NCBI GenBank assembly: GCA_018400015.1
Contig: JAGYNB010000001.1
Span: 6,815 to 70,814, forward strand
Direction of reading: 5' to 3'
From: Candidatus Omnitrophota bacterium
Lineage (GTDB): Bacteria; Omnitrophota; Gorgyraeia; Gygaellales; Gygaellaceae
Length of the DNA stretch: 64,000 bases
Position 1 is the first letter of the stretch, and each line of letters opens with the position of its first letter. Below, in pieces: positions 8,964 through 18,700 of this stretch. The notes beneath the pieces are model-generated. The model ran no database searches. It was not told the DNA's origin and saw only the letters and a list, made by a program, of their open reading frames with translations. Position numbers and translations under genes: made by a program.

Positions 8964-10041
8964 ATTCCTTTTAGCGGTTATTGCCCACAGGTTTAGATTT
9001 AGCAAAAGTCCCATAGTTGCTTTCTTAGAGGTTACCCAAAAGTGCAATATGAATTGTATATATTGTTCAAGCGACATGGGTTTATCCTCCGGAGAAGAGC
9101 TGAGCTTGGAACAGATCAAGAAATTAATTCGGGATTTTAAGAAGCTGGGTGTTTTTGTTTTTAATATTATTGGCGGCGAGCCGTTGTTGCGCAAAGATTT
9201 AATTGATATTGTACGTTTTGGTGCAAAGCAGGGCCTGATGACCAATATTTTGACTAACGCAACATTGTTAGACCTTCAGACAGCCCAGAATATAAAAAAA
9301 AGCGGTTTGAGCTTGTTTTCCCTTTCTTTGGACGGTTCTAATGAGGCAATTAATTCGTTGACAAGAGGCAAAGGAAGTTTTGAGAGAATTTTAACCGGTA
9401 TCGCTAATGCTATTTCAACAGGTTTGCCGGTTATGGTTAAGATCACCCTGCAGAAACAAAACATCGATGATTTAGAAAATATTGTAAGGTTGTTAATTGA
9501 AAAAAGGGTGAGTTTGTGGACAGCTGATTTTGCCATTCCCTGCGGCAGGGCAAAGGAAATGAGCCCGCTTCAAGATTTTTCAGTACAAGAAAGAGGTAAA
9601 ATTATCGAAAAGATTTATGAGTTGGCGCAAAAGTTTAAAAAACAAATTAGTTTTTTTACAATGGATAAAATTTATTATAATGTTTATTCTTTGAAGCGAG
9701 AAAAGCCCAATGTTTTGCAGAAATTAATGCTTTATTCAAAAGGCGGCTGCGGGGTTTTGGACGGTAATAGCATATATATAAATTGTGATGGTTCTATCCG
9801 CCCGTGTCCATTCTTTCCTTTTGTGTTGCCAGAGGTAAATATAAAAACTCGTAGTGTAATAGATGTGTACCGGTATAATGAATATTTCGGAAAATTACGC
9901 GACAGAAAGAATTTAAAGGGCAAATGTTCAAGGTGTAAATTTAGCTTTATTTGCGGTGGGTGCCGGGCAAGAATATATGCTCAAACCGGAGACTTTTTTG
10001 CCGAAGACGCCTCTTGTGATTTGTTTGAAAGCGCTAGTTAG
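8953..10041 (+). CDS. Radical SAM/SPASM protein
   Basis: CNMNCIYC, GGEPLLR, GGCG...PCPF, GKCSRCKFSFICGGCRARIYAQTGD. Confidence 0.9.
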   Translation: MSFKFLLAVIAHRFRFSKSPIVAFLEVTQKCNMNCIYCSSDMGLSSGEELSLEQIKKLIRDFKKLGVFVFNIIGGEPLLRKDLIDIVRFGAKQGLMTNILTNATLLDLQTAQNIKKSGLSLFSLSLDGSNEAINSLTRGKGSFERILTGIANAISTGLPVMVKITLQKQNIDDLENIVRLLIEKRVSLWTADFAIPCGRAKEMSPLQDFSVQERGKIIEKIYELAQKFKKQISFFTMDKIYYNVYSLKREKPNVLQKLMLYSKGGCGVLDGNSIYINCDGSIRPCPFFPFVLPEVNIKTRSVIDVYRYNEYFGKLRDRKNLKGKCSRCKFSFICGGCRARIYAQTGDFFAEDASCDLFESAS

Positions 10042-10050
10042 GAGGTTAGC

Positions 10051-10079
10051 TTGACAGCAGTTTATTTATATGCAAGAAT
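10051..10079 (+). promoter_or_regulatory. Putative sigma70 promoter for glmS (near-leaderless)
   Basis: TTGACA-17 nt-AAGAAT with TG upstream of the -10; ATG 9 nt after the -10; no SD. Confidence 0.45.
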
Positions 10080-10088
10080 ACTATCATT

Positions 10089-11921
10089 ATGTGCGGAATA
10101 ATAGGTTATGTAGGTAAAAGGCAGGCTGCAGATGTTGTTCTAAGCGGGCTCAAGCTGCTTGAATACAGAGGTTATGATTCTTGCGGCATGGCCTCTATTG
10201 TGCCTAATAAGAATGCAATTTCAGTGCGGAAACTTCCTTTAAAGGTAGCGGAACTAGAGAAGCTTTTAAAGAAAAAACCGTTATTGGGGCAGATAGCCAT
10301 TGGCCATGTGCGTTGGGCTACGCATGGGGCGCCTAATCAAGTAAATGCCCATCCGCATTGCGATTTCAATGGTGAAATAAGCGTTGTACACAACGGTATT
10401 ATTGAAAACTATCAGCAGCTAAAGAAAGACTTGGTAAAACAAGGAGTTCGTTTCAAAAGTAGTACAGATACAGAAATTATCCCTTATTTGGTTGCAAAAT
10501 ATCATAAAGACAAAACCCTTTTGGATGCGGTTAAAGAAACGGTAGGTGTTTTAGAGGGGTCTTTTGCAATCTGCGTTATGTCGAATAAAGAGCCGGATAC
10601 AATAGTAGGAGCGAGAAAAAATTCACCTTTAGTTGTGGGCATTGGAAAAGAAGAGAATTTTCTTGCCTCCGACATACCAGCATTTTTAAAGTACACAAAA
10701 GATGTTTTGTATCTTAACGATGAAGAGTTGGTGGCGATAACAAAAGACAGTGTTTCGTTATATGATTTTTCCGGCAAAAAAATAGACAGAAAATCTTCTT
10801 TGGTAAAGTGGGATCACGAGCAGGCACAGAAAAAAGGTTTTAGCCACTTTATGCTAAAAGAAATAAATGAACAGCCAGACATATTAGAAAATATGTTGAT
10901 CCACCGTTTGAAGAATAATCAAGTAGGGTTTGAGGAAATGACCATAAAGGACGATTTCTTCCGCGAAGTGGAAAATATTACTATCGTTGCCTGCGGAACA
11001 GCTTTTCACGCCGGGTTAGTAGGTAAATACATAATCGAGTCCACCTGCGGCATAAATGTAAATGTAGCTTATTCCAGCGAGCTAAGATATTCGCGTTTTA
11101 TTCCAAAGAAAAATACCGTGCTTATTGCCATAAGCCAATCCGGAGAAACCGCGGATACGTTAGCAGCCGTAAAAGAAATCAGGAAAGAAGGGGTTAAGGT
11201 ATTGTCTATCTGCAATGTGTTGGGTAGTTCTTTAGCCAGAGATTCCGACGGTGTTATATACACACACGCAGGACCGGAAATAAGTGTTGCTTCTACTAAA
11301 GCATACACAGCCCAGATCGCCATACTTGTTTTATTTATGTTTTATTTATCGCAAATAAAGAACATAGGATTAAAGCCGAATAAAGAAACTTTGTTAAAAA
11401 AACTATTAGAGATTCCGCAATTACAAAGAGATATATTAAAGAATCAAAAGGGTATTCTTAGCTTGGCCAAAAGGCATTCGCATTTTGGTTCTTTTTTGTA
11501 TTTAGGGCGCAATGTTAATTATCCTTCTGCTTTAGAAGGGGCTTTGAAGCTGAAAGAAATTTCTTATATCCCGGCAGAGGGGTATGCCGCAGGAGAAATG
11601 AAGCATGGACCAATTGCTTTAATTGATGAATATAGGGCGGTTGTTTGTATCGCTACAAGATCTTTTGTGTATGACAAGATGATTTCTAACATTCAGGAAA
11701 TCAATGCCCGCAAAGCAAAGATTATAATGGTTGCCAACGAAACAAGCGAGACCCTAAAATCTTTTACCAAAGAAATCATTTGTGTTCCCGCAACAGAAGA
11801 AATATTTTCTCCGCTTCTTGTGGCGCTTCCTTTACAGATTTTAGCTTATGGAATCGCTGTTAAACGCGGATGCGATGTTGATCAGCCTAGGAATCTTGCC
11901 AAATCCGTTACCGTGGAATAA
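10089..11921 (+). CDS. glmS: Glutamine-fructose-6-phosphate transaminase
   Basis: MCGIIG, LEYRGYDS, HVRWATHG, SQSGETADT, PRNLAKSVTVE. Confidence 0.98.
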   Translation: MCGIIGYVGKRQAADVVLSGLKLLEYRGYDSCGMASIVPNKNAISVRKLPLKVAELEKLLKKKPLLGQIAIGHVRWATHGAPNQVNAHPHCDFNGEISVVHNGIIENYQQLKKDLVKQGVRFKSSTDTEIIPYLVAKYHKDKTLLDAVKETVGVLEGSFAICVMSNKEPDTIVGARKNSPLVVGIGKEENFLASDIPAFLKYTKDVLYLNDEELVAITKDSVSLYDFSGKKIDRKSSLVKWDHEQAQKKGFSHFMLKEINEQPDILENMLIHRLKNNQVGFEEMTIKDDFFREVENITIVACGTAFHAGLVGKYIIESTCGINVNVAYSSELRYSRFIPKKNTVLIAISQSGETADTLAAVKEIRKEGVKVLSICNVLGSSLARDSDGVIYTHAGPEISVASTKAYTAQIAILVLFMFYLSQIKNIGLKPNKETLLKKLLEIPQLQRDILKNQKGILSLAKRHSHFGSFLYLGRNVNYPSALEGALKLKEISYIPAEGYAAGEMKHGPIALIDEYRAVVCIATRSFVYDKMISNIQEINARKAKIIMVANETSETLKSFTKEIICVPATEEIFSPLLVALPLQILAYGIAVKRGCDVDQPRNLAKSVTVE

Positions 11922-12589
11922 TGCTCTATATAATATCAAGCCCGATAGGTAACCTTAAGGATATAACTTATAGAGCCGTAGAATGTTTAAAATCGTGCGA
12001 TCTCATCGCGTGCGAGGATACACGTAAATCCAGAATTTTACTCAATGCTTATGGTATAGACAAACCAACAACAAGCTATTTTCAATATAACCGCTTTAAG
12101 AAAGAAGCAATGTTGTTGGAAATGCTTAAAAAGAACAAAAACGTAGCTTTACTCAGTGAAGCCGGAACTCCCGGTATAAGCGACCCGGGTTTACATTTAG
12201 TGAGTCTTGCCGTAAAAGAAGGCATGGCGGTTAGTGCTTTGCCCGGGCCATGCGCTTTTATTAATGCTGTTGTTTTGTCAGGTCTGCCAACCGATAAAAT
12301 ACTTTTTGCCGGTTTTTTGCCAAAAAAAGACGGTCCGCAACAAAAAAAACTTATAGAATTTGCTAATACTGGCCATACGGTCGTAATATACGAATCTTGT
12401 CATCGCGTTGTAAGGCTTTTGAATAATATTGAAAAGACACTAGGCAATATAGCTATTGTTTGCTGCAGGGAGATGACCAAGAAATTCGAAGAAGTTTTAA
12501 GAAAAGATGCCGCCGGTCTTGTTAAGCACTTTCAAAACACGAAACCTAAGGGTGAGTTTACCCTTGTGCTCAGATTATTCAACAAATAA
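11921..12589 (+). CDS. rsmI: 16S rRNA (cytidine1402-2'-O)-methyltransferase
   Basis: PIGNLKDIT, ACEDTR, EAGTPGISDPG, REMTKKFEE, KGEF. Confidence 0.95.
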   Translation: MLYIISSPIGNLKDITYRAVECLKSCDLIACEDTRKSRILLNAYGIDKPTTSYFQYNRFKKEAMLLEMLKKNKNVALLSEAGTPGISDPGLHLVSLAVKEGMAVSALPGPCAFINAVVLSGLPTDKILFAGFLPKKDGPQQKKLIEFANTGHTVVIYESCHRVVRLLNNIEKTLGNIAIVCCREMTKKFEEVLRKDAAGLVKHFQNTKPKGEFTLVLRLFNK

Positions 12590-12722
12590 TCCTTACGTAT
12601 GGTCCGAAAACAAAAGAAAACGCTTTCTCGATAGTGCTTTCTTTATATTGTATATAGCATTCCTATATACGATACTTTCCTTAGAGGGCTGATAAACTTT
12701 TATTTAAAAACACAGGTTAAGG

Positions 12723-15700
12723 ATGCGTAAATTTATCAAAAAGGCAATTGCTATTTTTGTATGCTTTGTGTTTGTCTTTGAGCAGGCCGGTTTTGCCCAA
12801 AGCTTAAGCCGGATTGATTTTACTACCCATATAAACACTTTAAACAATCAGTATAGTTATGAAAAGTTTCAACCTGCGCATTTAAGGATGCTTTCTTACG
12901 ATAGATATTCGCAGCAATTTAGTTTTTTGGTCGATAGAGGAGACTACAATAACATAGAAAAAGAATTTTTGAAGCAGGTAACAGATAAGTTGTTTAGGAT
13001 GTTTCTTATCGGTTTAACCCTGCCAGACGATTCATTCTGGGTCAATCTTAGGCCTGATTCTCCCGAAGATATAATTGATAGTAATCTTGCCAAGACAGAT
13101 ATGGGCAGAATTTTTCTTGAGGCAGACCTGCAGCTTAAAAAAGATACAGCACGCTTTACATCTCCAGCAACAAAAGAAGGCAACCTTTATTGGCAGAGGC
13201 TGCAAGAAAAAGCTAATGAGCTTTTTGGGGTTCCAAACGTAAATATTCCTACATTGGCTAGACCATGGATAGTGCCAGGAGAAATAATATTGCGCGAGAC
13301 CGCCAGCGACGTTTATATCTATAAGGCGACTATCAACGTGATGCTCGAAGAAGACTATATAAAAGATTATCCAAGGTTTAATTTTAAGGATAAGCGCATG
13401 AAGGAGTTAAATGAGCATGCCTCAAGGTTGATGCGCGAAATAATAATCCCTCGTCTGGTCAAGGAAGTTAACACAGCTAAAAGATACGCGAGGCTTCGGC
13501 AGGTGTTTTATTCTTTAGTTATGGCGAAATGGTTTAAAGAAAGATTTAAGAATTCATCAGGCCGTTATGTTAGGCTTATCAATCAAGGCAGGCTTGAAGG
13601 TTTATTGTCAAAAGAAAAATGGTCTGTTAAGCCGTATTTTGAAGCCTACCAGAAGTCATTTCAGGAGGGAGAATATGAAATAAAAGTTTTCGGCAAAGGC
13701 GGATCTAACAAGGTAAGAGTTTATTTTAGCGGCGGGGCTTTACCCATGCCTAATGTAATACCTGATCCAGGGGAAACTATTGTTGATTCCGCTACCGGAA
13801 CAACGATAACTTCTATTTCCGCGCAAGAACAAATAGTTTTAGAGCAGGCGCCCCGGATTATCAAACAGGATACAAACGTTTTGATTAGCGAAGGAGAAGA
13901 CGTTTCCATTAATCCCGATGCCGTAGATGAAGACAGAAGATATCATGCTGACGAGAGAGAAAAATATAACCGTATACTTAAGTGGACAGAGACGGCAGAT
14001 CTTTTAAAAAGTGTATGGATCAGAGCATTGTCAGCAATGAATCCGGAAAGAAAAGAAAATCTGTTTAATACCGAAATTGAGCTTTTGATTGATTATCTAC
14101 AGACGCAGAATCCTTTGGGGCAGATTTTAAATAAAGGGAACACCGGCGATAGAATCGTAGTTTTTCAGGTTCCTGGAATTGCCAGGGAAGGTTTTGGCAT
14201 AAAAGACTTAAATGATAAGTTAGGGTACGAGCTTAATACAAGGCTTATCGGTGTTAGAAGGCAGATGATTTCGGAGTTAATGAAAGAAAAAGGGCTTATT
14301 GAAAATGACGGGTTAATTTATAGTACGTACAAAGAAGATGTTTTTCTTGTATCAAGCGATATTCAAATATCGCCGCAGATGTTGCAGGAAATTCAGCATG
14401 AATTGATTGCAAGAATCGGGCAGATTTTAAGAGGCCAATTCGAGTTTAGCAATGCCTTGCGCGTTAATGGTGTTAAGATCCAGCAGTTCAATAATGAGCC
14501 TCTCTATGCTTTAGGTTTTGGCATAGCGCAAATTACCGGTTCTTTGCCGCATGAAAGGATTTTAGCTGACATAAATGCACACCAGGCAATCGTTATAGGA
14601 GAGAATAACGCTGGTTCCAATTACACATTTTCTGAAAAAGATTACAACAAGGTTATTTTCGAGATTGATAGACTTCGTGGTCAACTTAATGAAAATTCGT
14701 ATATTTTTGAAGCAAACGAAGCAGGAGAATTATTTTTGTCACAAGAAGTCGCTGTCGCCCTAAGGGATAATTTGGATTGGGATGGCTTATCAATGCAAGC
14801 GAGAGAACAATTTATAAACGAAGTTAATTTCAATAACGCCAGGCAGTATTTCAGGCTTATTAAAATACAGGATTATATTAAAAAATGGCAGATTGATTTT
14901 GAAAAAGCAAGGGGCCGCTCTCAGCAAATAACCGCTTTAACAGAAAAACTTAAACAGAAGATAGCTCAAAGAGAAGAAAAATATCTTGTACCTATAGATA
15001 ACGAATTGCTTGAATTGGTTGTCCAGGCAAGAGATTTTATTGAAACAGAAACAAAATTGCCGGAGTTTGATTCTGAATTCGCTTTTTACTCCCGCGGTCC
15101 CCCTATGGAGAAGCCGATTTTTGTAACTCTGGATATCAAGAAAATGGGCATTATGAATATAAACGCCAACGAAATAGAACTGCAAAGAGTTTCATCTGCT
15201 CTTCAGTCAGGAGAAGTAGCGTCTTTAGAGGATATTTGGCTTTCGGCCGCAGACAGTGTTACAGAAAATCTTATTGAAACAATGAGAATAGCCAAAGACG
15301 GCATTATCCGAGAATTGGGTATTTCGGAAGATGATTTAACTGTATTAATGGGAGGAGATGAATTTACGTTAGTTTTTGAAGATAATTTGTCTGACAGGTT
15401 AGAAGAAGTTTTATATAAGGTAAAGAACCAGATAAAAGATAAAACTGGGATTGAAGCGAGAATCTGCGCCTCTACTGCAGCTTTAGAATTCGAAAGCGAA
15501 TTTTTTAACCGCAAAGACAATAATTATGAACATTTGGCCTTTGCAAAAACCATTTTAAGTTTAGAGGATGGCATTGCACGGTTAAAAGCATTAGAAAAAC
15601 AAGGCATCCAAGATTTTATAATTATTCAAGATGAAAAAGGTAATTGGCCTGATGTAAAGTCAAGAGTTGAATCAGAAATCAAAAAAGATAAAACTATAAC

Positions 15701-18700
15701 TAGAAGAAGTTTTCTTAGAACACTCGGTTTAGGAACATTGGCTTTAGCAGGCGCAGCTTTTGTCCCTGAATCGGCGAAAGCCGGTATCAGGATGGTTTTA
15801 AGTGATGTGACAGAAGAAAAAGTTTCTGAGTATGAGATGTGGGCGAATCGTTTAGCCGAACTATCCGGGAATAAACAAGAATTTATAGCTGCCTGTAATC
15901 AGCTGCAGCGGCTCATCCATGAAGAAAAAAAACTACATCTTTATAAAGCATACGAAACTGTTATTCAAAGCTCTTTTAATAGATTCCCTCGCGATATTCA
16001 AAGAAGGATTGTTGCTGATACTATAGAATATGTTATTTTCCAGACGGTTAATTTAAAACTTAGCGAACAAGCCAATGCGATTGTTTTAAATTGGCTTTCC
16101 CGCGAAGAAAATCTTAAGTTTGACTCAAAAGACGATTATCAAGTTCAGGCAGATATTGCTTCGCATATAATTCTTTTTTCCTCTAAGTATACCGATACAT
16201 TAGGCAAGGTTTTTAATGGTTATGCAGATGGCGCAATAAAACTCATGAATAAATCAGTTTTCAGGTATTTTGATACGATTAGCAACCAAACTATACAAAA
16301 TAGGTTGATCGATTTTATATCAAATCTCCAGATCAGCGAAAGCAATTTGGATTTGATTAATGAGGTTTTCGCTTCTTTAGGGAGAAAAATCAATGTTATA
16401 CATGATGCAAATGAATATGGCGATTGGCAGGGAGAGATAGTAAAATTTTTAGCTTCTTTTGGAAACAAAGACAGAATATTGCATTTGCTTATTGCTTATG
16501 GAGGCTTTGAACTTTATACGGGAACATTCCAGACTGTCTACAAACTGGCAGAGAAAAGCATAGCGGCAACAGGAGGTATGATTAATTGGTTAAAAAGGGT
16601 CGATGCAGAAAATCTTACCCGTGAACAATTCTTATTAGCCATATCCAGCCGCAATAAGTTGATCGATTTGGTTAGGAATACCAATGCTGATCCGCAGGAA
16701 ATAACGGGCGTATTAATAAATGTATGCGATGTTGTTAAAGAGATAATTGTTAATAAGCACCAGGATAGAAGAAGCTTGGCCTACATATCCAATGCCATAG
16801 AGCAGATATTTCGGTTTGATAACGATCAGGTAAAAGAATATTTAAAAGATATTGTTCTCGCCTTGGCAAAAGAAAACAACCTAACCCTTGTAGTTTTTTC
16901 TTATGTGGTTATTGCTAAGTTTAATGATATTTTTGAAGAAGATATAAAAGAATTTGAAAATGTAGAAAAAAAATTTCTTAATTTAATTAACTATCTTAAT
17001 GCGCCACCAAAAACAGTTTTGATAAACAACCGTTTAGTTGTTTTGGTTGATTATGCAAGTTCAGCTGCAAGTTATTTGGAAGATTTGAAAACCCTTTTTT
17101 CCACTCGTTACAGGTCAAATTATGATATTACTTATCCCAATAAGACAGAGCGGGATGCCGGTATAAAATATAAAATTACCGGGCAGGTTGACGGTATTGA
17201 TATCGAGTTTCATCTTGCAGAAAATATCAAAGGAGAGGATTTTAGAAAAGCTCTCGAGTCCGGTAGGTATTCTATGTTTTGTACAAGACACCATTCTTTT
17301 GAAGGGGCAGAGTTCGCGGGGGTTGGTTCAGATAAGGTATTGCCACAGTTTATTGGTACAATCGGTACTGGCCAAGGAGGAGAAAATAATAGTATGGCAG
17401 TTGTTTTGGCTGAAGAGGTGGCTAAGGCTGTTTCCAGGGATAAACATAACAGTTGGCAAGATATCCGTATGGTGATCGAATCAGGATTAAATCCACAGAC
17501 AGGAAAATTCAATAACGCCGATAGAAGAATGGGTTTGGATAATTTTATTCTTCCAGATTTTCTTGCTAACGTTATGTCATATGTTTTAAATGCCTCTTGG
17601 GATGGATTGCCGGATGCCCAAGAAGTTCGGCCTGTTATTATATTTGACGGCGGATGCGGAGGCGTTAATAGGATTCCCGAATATATCCCCAAGTATAATA
17701 AGGCGTTAGGGAATACGGATTTCTCAAGATTGATTTCTTTGGGTGCGGCTGTTGGCGGGATACAAGGATTAATGAGCGGCAATTTACAGGTCAGCGAGGA
17801 TATTAAGATCGAAATTGATTCAACCGTGGGTTCTAATTACGGATATGGAGAAAGAGTTCCAGAAGAAGAAGTTTTTGAGATTATCAAAAGGGAACGCGAT
17901 GTACAAGAGTTTATGCTTAAAAACCATCCTGAAGTGATACAACAGACGATAGACAATCTTGGTTTTGGTTTTAGTCTAGGCGATTTGGCAAGAATTGTAA
18001 TTTCCTATGAGGCATCCGGAAGCAATAAGCATGTTTTAAAGATCAAAGTTTTTACGGTAACAGGCGAAGAGAAGGCGTTTTTGATAGCTAAAAAAATTCC
18101 AGTAAAAGAAGGGTTTTTATTTGAAGAAGGCGAGGAGTCTGCCCAGCGCAATTTACAAAAAACAGGTTTAGTGCCTAGATTAGGCAAAGTTTATTATTTG
18201 AAAGAAACAGATTCAGGGTTTGAGTATCATGAAAACCCACCAGAAGAAGGCAATTTTGAAACAAGGGTCGCGGAAGAATTTATAAACGGTTTTACTTTAG
18301 CTGAATTAGAGTTTTTTATAGAGCAGTTTTTAGGTACAAAAAAAGCAAGAGAGACAATAAACGGTTTGTTGCAATCTGATCGCGGCAGCAGAGAATATAA
18401 CCTATATCTTGAAAAGTTGAAATCGTTAATTCAAAGTAAGGGGTTTTCAAAGGTTCAGACAGCCAGGCTTATTGAGCTTGCTCAGACCTTGGTGGATTTT
18501 GACAACGAATATAAAATATTGTCCGATGCTGCTGGTCAGTTGTTGCCCGTTAGCTTTATTACTCAGGCTACAAATACTATATTTGATATATTCGCAGCTT
18601 TAAATGAGAACAGCTATTCATTAGAGGCAATATGGTCGCACGATGTTCATTGGAGCAATATAATGTTTGAAAAATCCACAGGCAGGTTAGTCGTAGTTGA

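Noticed and set aside
1945-10041. RiPP cluster (SPASM maturases plus precursor)
   Set aside because: No short soluble precursor, RRE/PqqD domain, peptidase or ABC exporter; the small ORFs are membrane proteins
1763-10088. Integrative island at tRNA-Glu
   Set aside because: No integrase and no repeat of the tRNA 3' end seen near 10041; horizontal origin remains possible but is unsupported
10042-10088. glmS ribozyme
   Set aside because: Only 47 nt of intergenic space, occupied by a promoter-like sequence
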